The translations under genes were made by a program, and so were the position numbers. Shown here one piece after another: positions 1-7,738 of a DNA stretch of 64,000 nt. Below the pieces are notes generated by a model, which saw only the letters and a list, made by a program, of their open reading frames with translations, had not been told where the DNA came from and made no database searches. The stretch lies in NCBI GenBank assembly GCA_043801165.1, contig JAZDMG010000042.1, positions 89 through 64,088 on the forward strand. Reading direction: 5' to 3'. The stretch is from an archaeon. GTDB lineage: Archaea > Nanobdellota > Nanobdellia > Woesearchaeales > SM23-78. Position 1 is the stretch's first letter. The number at the start of each line of letters is the position of its first letter.

Positions 1-2
1 CC

Positions 3-830
3 AGCCTTAACTGGCCAGTCCAGAACCTATTAATAGGAGACAGATCTGCTCTTGGCAGGGCTTTCTCAGGAAAGCTCGACGAGGTCAAGCTCTCGAACAT
101 AGCAAGGGATGATGCATACATCAAGACTTCTTACAACAACCAGAAGTCCCCATCAACATTCATCGGCGTAGGAGTGGAAGAATCAGAGGTCTGCGTTGAT
201 CTAGATAGTGATGGCTACAACAGTAACGGCGGATTAAGCTGCGGAGCATTTGACTGCGACGACAACAACACCTCAATCCATCCTGGAATAGCAGACGTAT
301 GCGGTAACGGCATCGATGATGACTGTGACGGGCTGATTGATGAAGGCTGTGTTTGCGCAATAGACAGCGACTGTGACGTGCTTGAAAATGTCTTTTGCGA
401 TAGCAACAACAGGGTGCTGAACAACTATGTCTGCCTTAATGCGACCTGTGTGTTCAGCACACCAAGCTTTATCAGTAACTGTTCAGACGGACTATTCTGC
501 AACGGAGCAGAGAGCTGCTCAGAAGGAGCTTGCGTGGCAGGAACACCCGTTATTTGTTCATCCCACAACATTCCAGGAATCGCGACCTGCACTGACGTAG
601 ACTCTGATTCAAACCCATGGACATGGGACTTCAGGGATCAATTCACATCAGTCTGCATGGAGCCAGGGACTTGCTCAGACGGCAGCTTGACAATTACGCA
701 CACCTGTGACGATGTAGGCTGCTCAGCGCAGTGCGATGATACACATCCATGTGCACCTACTGTCTGCAGCGGCTACAATGTGACCAATGCATGTCTGGCT
801 GACTGCGCGTGTGAGTACAACTCTTGCTGA
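3..830 (+). CDS. C-terminal part of a Cys-rich secreted/surface protein; the gene starts before the window
   Basis: The frame is open from base 3 (SLNWPVQ...FSGKLDEVKLSNIARDDAYIKTSYNNQKSPSTF, like the end of a LamG/DUF2341 domain), so the track start at 174 (GTG) is internal. Also has a MopE-like motif (DCDDNNTSIHPGIADVCGNGIDDDCDG) and a TWDFR Cys module shared with 8595-11549. Confidence 0.75.
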   Translation, partial: SLNWPVQNLLIGDRSALGRAFSGKLDEVKLSNIARDDAYIKTSYNNQKSPSTFIGVGVEESEVCVDLDSDGYNSNGGLSCGAFDCDDNNTSIHPGIADVCGNGIDDDCDGLIDEGCVCAIDSDCDVLENVFCDSNNRVLNNYVCLNATCVFSTPSFISNCSDGLFCNGAESCSEGACVAGTPVICSSHNIPGIATCTDVDSDSNPWTWDFRDQFTSVCMEPGTCSDGSLTITHTCDDVGCSAQCDDTHPCAPTVCSGYNVTNACLADCACEYNSC

Positions 831-874
831 ATAGGCAAAGCGACAAGCCCAAATAAATTATTTTTTCTAATTGA

Positions 875-907
875 TTTTCCTGATTTCTAGAGACGCATTA
901 TATTAAC
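875..907. repeat. 33-bp direct repeat R1, copy 1
   Basis: ttttcctgatttctagagacgcattatattaac; one mismatch to 1357-1389. Confidence 0.9.
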
Positions 908-1015
908 AGGTTAGGTTGGATATCCCTATCAGGAGCCTGACCTTATGATTCCAAAAGATTCATATAGTACAATTGACTACATTTATGTAGCAGGGTTGAA
1001 CGCCAAGGTGAGAAG

Positions 1016-1327
1016 ATGAAATGTCCTGAATGCGGTTCTGAACTGAAGAAAGTAGAAGTCAAGGTGCACGGCGCGAAGAGCAAAGCCACAAGCTACCAAT
1101 GCCCTGGCTGCGGCTATTTCGAATTTGACCAAGGCTCCTCTGAAAAGATCCTTGGAGAATTAAGGGATCAGCCTTTGAAGATAAAGCAGAAGATAATCAA
1201 GCTTTCTCAGGATAGGCTTGGCATGTACATCAATCGGGATGTTGCAAGAAGCCTAAACCTTAAGGGAGGGGAGGAGATTTATGTATCTGTGCCTGACAAG
1301 AAGCACCTGTTGGTGAGGATAGATTGA
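1016..1327 (+). CDS. Zn-ribbon plus AbrB/MazE-like DNA-binding protein (orphan antitoxin-like)
   Basis: CPECG...CPGCG zinc knuckles; C-terminal KIIKLSQDRLGMYINRDVARSLNLKGGEEIYV matches the swapped-hairpin AbrB pattern. Confidence 0.65.
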   Translation: MKCPECGSELKKVEVKVHGAKSKATSYQCPGCGYFEFDQGSSEKILGELRDQPLKIKQKIIKLSQDRLGMYINRDVARSLNLKGGEEIYVSVPDKKHLLVRID

Positions 1328-1356
1328 AATCAGATTACTTGCGAAATAAACACATA

Positions 1357-1389
1357 TTTTCCGGATTTCTAGAGACGCATTATATTAAC
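1357..1389. repeat. 33-bp direct repeat R1, copy 2
   Basis: ttttccggatttctagagacgcattatattaac; with copy 1 it brackets the 1016-1327 gene. Confidence 0.9.
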
Positions 1390-1427
1390 TAGCTGGTGAT
1401 ATCATCCTTTGCTTTCAAAAAAAGAAA

Positions 1428-1471
1428 AGTTTTATATACCTTAGGTGTATGTTTATACACCAAAGGTGTAT
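1428..1471 (+). promoter_or_regulatory. TATA box followed by two tandem palindromic operators
   Basis: A-rich BRE and ttttatat, then atatacc-tta-ggtgtat (1434-1450) and atacacc-aaa-ggtgtat (1455-1471), 21 bp apart, just before the ATG at 1476. Confidence 0.7.
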
Positions 1472-1475
1472 TGAT

Positions 1476-2117
1476 ATGCTTACTATGAATGAAAGCAAGG
1501 TATTAAGGCTGCTTTTCGCAGCGGTTGATGAAGACTACTCAATCAATGGGGTAGCTAGGAAATGCGGCTTAGCCCCCAACGGAGCTGCTAAGATACTCAA
1601 GAAGCTCGAGAAGGAGGGCGTCCTGAGGGCAAAAAGCATAGCCAACATCAGGTCCTATAGGATAGATTTTGAAAACCAGAAGACGCCGGCAGTGCTGGAG
1701 CTGTCCATGATGGCTGAAGCGGAAGGCAGGCTCAAAAGCAGGCTTGAAGACCTGAAAGAGCTAAGAGAGACGGCAAAAGCCTGCATCGCCTTCGGCTCTT
1801 ACATCAGCCCAAACAAAGAGCCAAAAGACCTGGACCTGCTATTCATCATTGACAAAAAAGATTACAAGCAATACAAGAAAAAGACCGATAGCTTAAGGCA
1901 CATCCTGCCAGTCAAGCTCCATGACATCACACAGACAGAAGAGGACATGGAAAGCAACATCCGAAAGAAAGACAGGATAATCATCGAAGCATTAAGGGCA
2001 GGGATAATACTCTGGGGACAAAAAACAATCATCGAGCTGATGCAAAAATGCCAGAAACAAAGCTGGGCAAATGCCTCAAAGAAGGAGGAAGGGGCGGAGA
2101 ACGCCACAAAGGGCTGA
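1476..2117 (+). CDS. HTH plus minimal nucleotidyltransferase (MNT) antitoxin-like protein
   Basis: N-terminal HTH (YSINGVARKCGLAPNGAAKILKKLEKEG) and NTase motif AFGSYI...DLDLL; overlaps the downstream HEPN gene. ATG 1476 chosen because it lies downstream of the operators. Confidence 0.8.
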   Translation: MLTMNESKVLRLLFAAVDEDYSINGVARKCGLAPNGAAKILKKLEKEGVLRAKSIANIRSYRIDFENQKTPAVLELSMMAEAEGRLKSRLEDLKELRETAKACIAFGSYISPNKEPKDLDLLFIIDKKDYKQYKKKTDSLRHILPVKLHDITQTEEDMESNIRKKDRIIIEALRAGIILWGQKTIIELMQKCQKQSWANASKKEEGAENATKG

Positions 2118-2569
2118 GACAAATAAAATTCTCAGAAGAGAAAATAAACGGGCACATCAGCAAGGCAAAGCACAACTTCAAAGCCATGCTCAGCTTTCAC
2201 AGCATAGGATTCTCAGACTGGTCGGCCTCAGCAGCGTTCTATTGCCTCTACCACGGATTGCTCGCCATGATGGCAAAGGAAGGCTTTGAGTCAAGGAACC
2301 AAAGCTGCACCTTTGCCCTGATTGATGAGCTGATCACGAAAGGGAGGATCTCACTTACAAAAGAAGAGCTGGATGGTATATATGACCAGGACGCCACAGA
2401 AGATCTCGAGCATAGCAGCAAGATACTTGACCTGCGGGAGAATATGCAATATTCTGTGAAGACATCGCTTGAGGAGCAGGAATTCCAAATCCTCAGGGAA
2501 AGGACCAAGAAGCTGTTTGATAAGATAAGAAGAGAAGTTGAGAAAGAGGGTGAAATGGCCTTCCATTGA
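2048..2569 (+). CDS. HEPN domain protein (UPF0332-like), partner of the MNT
   Basis: HISKAKHN...WSASAAFYCLYHGLLA...ESRNQSCT...LRENMQY pattern; directly follows an HTH-MNT gene. Confidence 0.75.
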   Translation: MPETKLGKCLKEGGRGGERHKGLRQIKFSEEKINGHISKAKHNFKAMLSFHSIGFSDWSASAAFYCLYHGLLAMMAKEGFESRNQSCTFALIDELITKGRISLTKEELDGIYDQDATEDLEHSSKILDLRENMQYSVKTSLEEQEFQILRERTKKLFDKIRREVEKEGEMAFH

Positions 2570-2640
2570 CTTCGGTTAATATGTATGAACCTGGGTTAAC
2601 AGATTAATGGCGCTGGCCGGAAGCCCTTAAAAAGAAAAGC

Positions 2641-2680
2641 TTTATATACGCGGGGTATACATCAATATATGTGATGTATA
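2641..2680 (+). promoter_or_regulatory. TATA box and palindromic operator of the DUF2683/RelE pair
   Basis: tttatata, then tatacatca-N7-tgatgtata (2656-2680) abutting the ATG at 2682. Confidence 0.7.
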
Positions 2681-2681
2681 T

Positions 2682-2924
2682 ATGGTTCAAGCGATGATAA
2701 ACATTGATGAGAGCACAAACAGGGTCTTGAACATAGTCAAGGCCAAGTTCGGGCTTAAGGACAAGTCTGAGGCGATAAACCTAGTCGTGAGCGAGTACGA
2801 GCAGGTCTCTTTGGAGCCTGAACTTAGGCCGGAATACCTTGGAAGGCTAGAAAAGATAAAGAAACAGAAAGGTATACGATTCAAGAGCATAGATGATCTG
2901 AAAAGGCATATTGAAAATGCGTGA
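2682..2924 (+). CDS. DUF2683-family antitoxin
   Basis: MVQAMINIDESTNRVLNIVKAKFGLKDKSEAIN resembles archaeal DUF2683; its stop overlaps the toxin start. Confidence 0.7.
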   Translation: MVQAMINIDESTNRVLNIVKAKFGLKDKSEAINLVVSEYEQVSLEPELRPEYLGRLEKIKKQKGIRFKSIDDLKRHIENA

Positions 2925-3189
2925 TTTTGAAATAAAGCCTGAACTGGATGAAAAACTTGTAAAGCTTTCTAAGAGAGACAAGAAATCTTATCAGGCTGTG
3001 ATGAACAAGATCAAAGAAATCCTGGCCTGTGCTGATGTTGAGCATTACAAAAACCTAAGATATGATATGAAAGATTCGAAGCGAGCCCACATAGGCCATT
3101 TTATCCTAGTGTTCAGCTATGACGAAGCAAAAGATTTTGTCTCATTCGAAGATTACGACCACCACGATAACGTATACCTTAAGAAATGA
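2917..3189 (+). CDS. RelE/YafQ-like addiction module toxin
   Basis: About 90 aa, YKNLRYDMKDSKRAHIGHFILVF...YDHHDNVY typical of the archaeal RelE/StbE superfamily; downstream of a small antitoxin. Confidence 0.75.
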   Translation: MRDFEIKPELDEKLVKLSKRDKKSYQAVMNKIKEILACADVEHYKNLRYDMKDSKRAHIGHFILVFSYDEAKDFVSFEDYDHHDNVYLKK

Positions 3190-3229
3190 GTTCATAAGCT
3201 TTATAAACTTCTGAGATTATTTATCTTCC

Positions 3230-3574
3230 ATGGATAAGAAAATAATCTTCAGCGTCTTGTCAGGCATCTATGTGCTGTTGCTCCTCGTGGGCTCTTTCAT
3301 AGTCAAGCCTAATTCTGTGTTTCCAGATGGTGGTTTTGATTATTATGCTCATATCATCGGTTTTTTTGTGTTTGCTGTGATGTTCTTTTTCACCCTGAAG
3401 TTCTACAGCGTGAAGAGCAAGCTCTTGACAATCGCCATCGCTTCATCAGCCTTGAGCGTCATTGTTGAGCTGCTACGCATCCCTGGCAGGGGCTTCAGCA
3501 TTGTTGACTTGGCCTTTGACATCTTAGGATCATTGATAGGCTTGGTGGTAGCATGGAGCTTTTCCAAGCGATGA
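3230..3574 (+). CDS. VanZ-like membrane protein
   Basis: Four hydrophobic segments with AH..GF, VELLR.PGR.FS..DL..D..G motifs. Confidence 0.7.
   Translation: MDKKIIFSVLSGIYVLLLLVGSFIVKPNSVFPDGGFDYYAHIIGFFVFAVMFFFTLKFYSVKSKLLTIAIASSALSVIVELLRIPGRGFSIVDLAFDILGSLIGLVVAWSFSKR
3551..3574. repeat. 24-bp direct repeat R2, copy a (vanZ-like 3' end)
   Basis: gcatggagcttttccaagcgatga is identical at 5608-5631 and nearly identical to the uppP start at 7738-7760. Confidence 0.9.
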
Positions 3575-3650
3575 AGCATCAGTGATGGCGGCTCTCAAAA
3601 ACAAAAAATCTATATGATAATTTTGAGTTACCATATGGCAACGAGGAGTT

Positions 3651-3781
3651 ATGGGAAATTTCGCCGAGGTCTAATACCTCGCCCTTTAGGGCGAAATTTC
3701 TCATCCCAAAAACTCGCGATAAAGCGAGAGGCGAAAAACCTTGGGCTTTAGCCCGAGGATAGCCTCGAGCAGCGAGTTTTT
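3651..3781. mobile_element. Highly structured non-coding element, possibly an IS200/IS605-derived palindromic remnant
   Basis: Nested inverted repeats: atgggaaatttcgcc/ggcgaaatttctcat enclosing gaggt/acctc and gccctttagggc; aaaaactcgc/gcgagttttt enclosing ccttgggctttagcccgagg. The CTTTAG-loop hairpins resemble IS200/IS605 ends. No tnpA/tnpB nearby. Confidence 0.4.
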
Positions 3782-3787
3782 GTTATT

Positions 3788-3853
3788 ATGGCTTCATTGA
3801 CTGAAAAGGAAAAAGAATCATTGCTCATCCTGCTGAAAAAACTTCTTCCGTAA
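3788..3853 (+). pseudogene. Possible 5' stub of an HTH-type gene
   Basis: MASLTEKEKESLLILLKKLLP* reads like the first helix of the HTH-MNT proteins but stops after 21 codons. Confidence 0.35.
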
Positions 3854-3966
3854 CACGGATAGAATTCTTCCGCTTTTTCTCAGCCGCATTTAATAAATGG
3901 GGTGCGATTAGAATGCTTAAGCGCATTCAAAGCACTGAACATTTTTTAGCCAAAAAAACCAAAATG

Positions 3967-4009
3967 TTTATATATCACCATATACTAGTAAGTAGTATAT
4001 AGTGATATA
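3967..4009 (+). promoter_or_regulatory. TATA box overlapped by a long inverted repeat (AbiEi-type operator)
   Basis: tatatcac-c-atatacta-gtaag-tagtatat-a-gtgatata directly before the ATG at 4012. AbiEi antitoxins are known to autorepress through promoter inverted repeats. Confidence 0.75.
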
Positions 4010-4011
4010 AA

Positions 4012-4644
4012 ATGACTTTCAGGCTTTTAATCAAAAAACTGTACCTTTATGAAAACAGATACATAGACAGCACTACATTGAAAGAATGGTGCGAAAAACT
4101 AAGGCTGGGATACAACAAAGCGATAATATACCTTACCGCCAACAAATACCTTGTAAGAATACTCAAAGGCACATTCTACAAGCTAAGCCTTGAAGAAAGA
4201 AAATTCAAAAAGATAAACGTGATCCACATGGAAGCCATTATGGAAGCCCTCAAAATGAAAAAGATCAACAATTGGTATTTCGGCCTGGAAACAGCCAAGA
4301 AGCTCAACGGCCTCACTCATGAATACTACGCCACCGATTACGTTATCAACGACACCATCTTCCGGGCAAAGCCGATAAACATACTGGACCGCAAGGTGCG
4401 CTTCGTCAAGCTCAAAACTTCCCTCTTCGGCTTCGGCATAACTGAGCACAACGGCATAAAGGTGTCTGACAACGAAAAGACCCTGCTAGACACAATATAC
4501 CTCGCCAGATACGACGGCTTCTCCGATGAAGAGGTAAAAAACCGCATATCAGACATGGTCAAGCATTGCTCTAAAAAAAAGCTTTTAAGCTACGCAAAAG
4601 AATACAGTGGATCCATGAAAAGCTTTGTGGAGGGGCTCTCTTGA
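4012..4644 (+). CDS. AbiEi-like type IV TA antitoxin/transcriptional regulator
   Basis: LVRILKGTFY, YFGLETA..LNGL, VSDNEKTLLD motifs; coupled (4-nt overlap) to an AbiEii gene. Confidence 0.75.
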   Translation: MTFRLLIKKLYLYENRYIDSTTLKEWCEKLRLGYNKAIIYLTANKYLVRILKGTFYKLSLEERKFKKINVIHMEAIMEALKMKKINNWYFGLETAKKLNGLTHEYYATDYVINDTIFRAKPINILDRKVRFVKLKTSLFGFGITEHNGIKVSDNEKTLLDTIYLARYDGFSDEEVKNRISDMVKHCSKKKLLSYAKEYSGSMKSFVEGLS

Positions 4645-5549
4645 GCAAAATCATAGACCAACTAGCAGCAGACGCAGGAATAAGCAATAAAACCCTGCTG
4701 GAAAAGGATTTGCGCCTGCATATGTTGCTGCATGCGATTTCAAAAGACGAATATCTCCAGGCGAACCTTGCCTTCAAAGGAGGCACCTGCCTTATCAAAT
4801 GCTACCTCGGATACTACAGGTTCTCAGAAGACCTCGATTTCACATGGATAAAGCAGAAGGAATTTGAGAATAAGAGCCAGAAGGAAATCAGGAGAATGAT
4901 TTCAAAAGAGCTTGATATCATGCTAAAAATCATAGGTGAGATGACGCATAAGCTTGGCTTGGACTTCAGGCCTGAGAAAAACAACCACAAGTATGTCGAA
5001 TTCGGCGGAAGCAACAAATTCCTGACCTTGAAAGCATGGTATGAATCTGAAATTCTCAAAACCCCGCAATTCATCAAGATACAGGTAAACTTCCTGGAAA
5101 AGATCATTTACCCATTCAAAACCCTGGAAGCAGAGCCGATCATCAAAAAGATAAGCCGGAAAGAGTTCGAATTCCTGTTCCCAGAATATAAAGACCTGCT
5201 TGAAGCTACCAAAATAAAATGCTATGACCTCAGGGAAATCCTGGCGGAGAAAGCAAGAGCCATACTGACAAGACGAGAAATCAAGGCCAGAGACTTCATC
5301 GACATATTCATGATATTGAAAAAAGAGAACATCGGTATTGCGACGCTAAAAGACCATATCATAGAAAAAGTAAGATTCATGATGAGATACGACAAATACG
5401 TCAAGAACCTCAAAGGATTCAGGCTGAGCAAATTCCTAATGGAGGAAGAAGAGAAACTGCTCCTAAAGCCCCTAGACCCCGGATTTGAAATATTCCTGAA
5501 AGAAACTGAAGAATATATTCTAGAATTAATGGAAGAGTTAAAAAAATAA
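4641..5549 (+). CDS. AbiEii-family nucleotidyltransferase toxin
   Basis: FKGGTCLIKCYLGYYRFSEDLDF and EILAEKARAIL.R...ARDFIDI signatures; TTG start. Confidence 0.9.
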   Translation: MSKIIDQLAADAGISNKTLLEKDLRLHMLLHAISKDEYLQANLAFKGGTCLIKCYLGYYRFSEDLDFTWIKQKEFENKSQKEIRRMISKELDIMLKIIGEMTHKLGLDFRPEKNNHKYVEFGGSNKFLTLKAWYESEILKTPQFIKIQVNFLEKIIYPFKTLEAEPIIKKISRKEFEFLFPEYKDLLEATKIKCYDLREILAEKARAILTRREIKARDFIDIFMILKKENIGIATLKDHIIEKVRFMMRYDKYVKNLKGFRLSKFLMEEEEKLLLKPLDPGFEIFLKETEEYILELMEELKK

Positions 5550-5607
5550 TTATGAAGAATGAAAAAATTGGCCAGACCTGCTATCCACAAGCGACATGGT
5601 GTTGCTG

Positions 5608-5631
5608 GCATGGAGCTTTTCCAAGCGATGA
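5608..5631. repeat. 24-bp direct repeat R2, copy b
   Basis: Identical to 3551-3574. Upstream it reads VLLAWSFSKR* in the vanZ frame; downstream tcgttca echoes uppP codons. Confidence 0.9.
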
Positions 5632-5657
5632 TGCGTCGTTCATCTTATTTATATAGC

Positions 5658-5685
5658 TTTCGATTTTAATCGAAATATTTATAAA
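5658..5685 (+). promoter_or_regulatory. Palindromic operator and TATA box
   Basis: tttcgatt-tt-aatcgaaa (5658-5675), then tttataaa; the half-site atcgaaata recurs at 5701. Confidence 0.65.
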
Positions 5686-5708
5686 CTAAGGCATATCATT
5701 ATCGAAAT

Positions 5709-6299
5709 ATGAAAAAGACTGAGCAGGTATTCCGTGAGATACTGTACCAGGCGCTGGAGCATAAAAAACGGATCATGACGCAGGCAGAACTGTCTAAAGA
5801 GCTAGGATTCTCCCTTAGCACCATTAGCCTGGCGGTAAAAAAGCTTGAAAGGATGAACGCCATCAGCATAGGGCGTATGAGCTTCAAGGTGATAGACCCA
5901 AAAAAAATACTATACCTCTGGGCTTCTGAAAGAAACCTCGAAAAAGATATCATATACAAGGCGCGGGCGGATATGCCTGTGCGCGAGATCGAGAAGAGCA
6001 TGCCAGGAATAACATACGCAGCTTATTCAGCCTATAAGCTTAAGTTCAAAGAAGCAGCCGCTGATTATTCTGAAGTATACGTTTACTGCGGCGAAAATGA
6101 TTTGCCAGATATCAAGAAGCGGTTCCCTGAGAGCAACGGCCCGCCAAACATTTTCGTCCTGAAAAAAGACGAGAACATGAGCCGCTACTCAGCCACAGGA
6201 ACATTGGCGCAGGTGTTCGTCGACCTATGGAATCTAAGGCAATGGTACGCCTCAGATTTCCTGAAAGCATTAGAAGCTAAGATGGAGCTGATGGTATGA
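5709..6299 (+). CDS. Winged-helix regulator with an AbiEi-like C-terminus (type IV TA-like antitoxin)
   Basis: HTH MTQAELSKELGFSLSTISLAVKKL; AAYSAY and QVFVDLWN motifs; ATGA overlap with an NTase gene. Confidence 0.65.
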   Translation: MKKTEQVFREILYQALEHKKRIMTQAELSKELGFSLSTISLAVKKLERMNAISIGRMSFKVIDPKKILYLWASERNLEKDIIYKARADMPVREIEKSMPGITYAAYSAYKLKFKEAAADYSEVYVYCGENDLPDIKKRFPESNGPPNIFVLKKDENMSRYSATGTLAQVFVDLWNLRQWYASDFLKALEAKMELMV

Positions 6300-6904
6300 A
6301 AGAGTTCTGGAATTCCCTCCTAACAGAGAAAAGCTGGCTACTGTTACATGAGATAGTAAAGAAGTATGATTTCATACTGATAGGGGGATGGGCGGTTTAT
6401 CTGCTCACAAAACAGCAGAAATCCAAGGACATAGACATAGTGGTTGATATAAGCGAGCTTGACAAGCTAAAGAAAGAAGGATTGATAAAGAATGACCGCC
6501 TGAAGAAATATGAGCTTAAAAAAGAGGAGATAGATGTAGATATATACGTGGCTTATTATTCTGAAATAGCCATCCCCGCAGAAGAGATCAGCAAATACAT
6601 TATTAATGTTGAAGGATTCAAAATTCCGAGGCCTGAAGCAATGATAGTCCTAAAGCAAATGGCTTACACAAGCAGGGAAGCATCGGTTAAAGGCCAGAAA
6701 GACAGGATAGACATACTCTCATTGGTGTTTTTCACAGGATTCAATGCTGAGGCGTACCGGCAGATTATAGCCAAGCATAACCATCAGGGCTATCTTGCGC
6801 AGCTTAGAAAGATTATCAAAGGATTCAAGGAGTATGATGCGCTAAATATGACTCCGAGAGAACTAAAGCTGAAAAAAGAAGCAATTCTCAAAAAATTGGG
6901 ATGA
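6296..6904 (+). CDS. Nucleotidyltransferase (AbiEii-like superfamily)
   Basis: FILIGGWAV...SKDIDIVVD and K..KDRIDI motifs. Confidence 0.75.
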   Translation: MKEFWNSLLTEKSWLLLHEIVKKYDFILIGGWAVYLLTKQQKSKDIDIVVDISELDKLKKEGLIKNDRLKKYELKKEEIDVDIYVAYYSEIAIPAEEISKYIINVEGFKIPRPEAMIVLKQMAYTSREASVKGQKDRIDILSLVFFTGFNAEAYRQIIAKHNHQGYLAQLRKIIKGFKEYDALNMTPRELKLKKEAILKKLG

Positions 6905-6930
6905 CTCGAAGCGTGTTCATAAACCGAAAG

Positions 6931-6998
6931 ATATATAAATTCCTATAAATAGGAATACTTATTCCTATAAAAAGGAATGAACTCCCCTAAAAATAGGA
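6931..6998 (+). promoter_or_regulatory. TATA box with three tandem palindromic operators at a 22-bp period
   Basis: atatataa, then cctataaatagga (6942), cctataaaaagga (6964) and cctaaaaatagga (6986). Confidence 0.75.
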
Positions 6999-7006
6999 CG
7001 ATTAGC

Positions 7007-7639
7007 ATGCTGAACAAAGAATATGATATATTAAAGCCTTTTGCCGAGAGGCCATGGGAAAAGCTGACATTCAAGCAGGTGAAAAAAGCTTCGAAAAAGA
7101 AATCAGTGAGCTTTGTCTTCAAATCATTGAAGAAATCTGTAAAGGAAGGCATCTTGGTGGAAGAAAAAATCGCTAATATCATCCTCTACTCCGTCGATTT
7201 CAAATCAGGAAAAGCATTGTCCTCGTTAGGATACATCCTTGAGCACATCGGCTGGTCTAAAAAGCATATCCCTTATGATGATATGCAGGCAGCAATTGAC
7301 AAGATACCTTTCAAAAGCCACATAACTCTGATAACAGGCAGCTATGCCAAAGGGACTCAGAGGCAAGATTCTGACATCGACGTGGTCGTCATAATAGAAG
7401 ACCCCTGCGATCCAAAAAGAGTGTACGCTGAGTTGAATCTGCACGCAGAGCTAAGCATGCCTAAAATCCATCTTTATGTATTCAGGAACTCTGAATTCTT
7501 GCTGATGCTTAATAATGATAAGGCTAACTACGGAAAGGAAATAGTTAAAAACTGCCTGATATTAACCCAAGGGCAGGCATATCTAAAACTGATCGGCGAG
7601 GCAATAAAGCATGGATTTGATGATAAGCGTCTATCTTAA
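7007..7639 (+). CDS. HTH plus MNT nucleotidyltransferase
   Basis: ITGSYAKGTQRQDSDIDVVVI with an N-terminal HTH-like region. An alternative ATG at 6977 lies inside the operator. Confidence 0.8.
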   Translation: MLNKEYDILKPFAERPWEKLTFKQVKKASKKKSVSFVFKSLKKSVKEGILVEEKIANIILYSVDFKSGKALSSLGYILEHIGWSKKHIPYDDMQAAIDKIPFKSHITLITGSYAKGTQRQDSDIDVVVIIEDPCDPKRVYAELNLHAELSMPKIHLYVFRNSEFLLMLNNDKANYGKEIVKNCLILTQGQAYLKLIGEAIKHGFDDKRLS

Positions 7640-7712
7640 AAGGGCTGAAAATGAAGTCCTGATTGCTGAGAAGCTCAAAAACATTCTTATCAAACATAAA
7701 GAAAGTGATTGA
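7611..7712 (+). pseudogene. Truncated HEPN gene (N-terminal 33 codons)
   Basis: MDLMISVYLKRAENEVLIAEKLK overlaps the MNT stop as the intact HEPN at 2048 does, and resembles HEPN helix 1; it stops 26 bp before uppP. Confidence 0.65.
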
Positions 7713-7738
7713 GAAGAACAATCATTTGTGAGAATAAC

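Noticed and set aside
875-1390. R1 repeats as Xer/dif sites
   Set aside because: Only the right arm resembles TTATGTTAAAT; the left arm lacks the inner ATAA and the symmetry. Kept only as an unexplained repeat.
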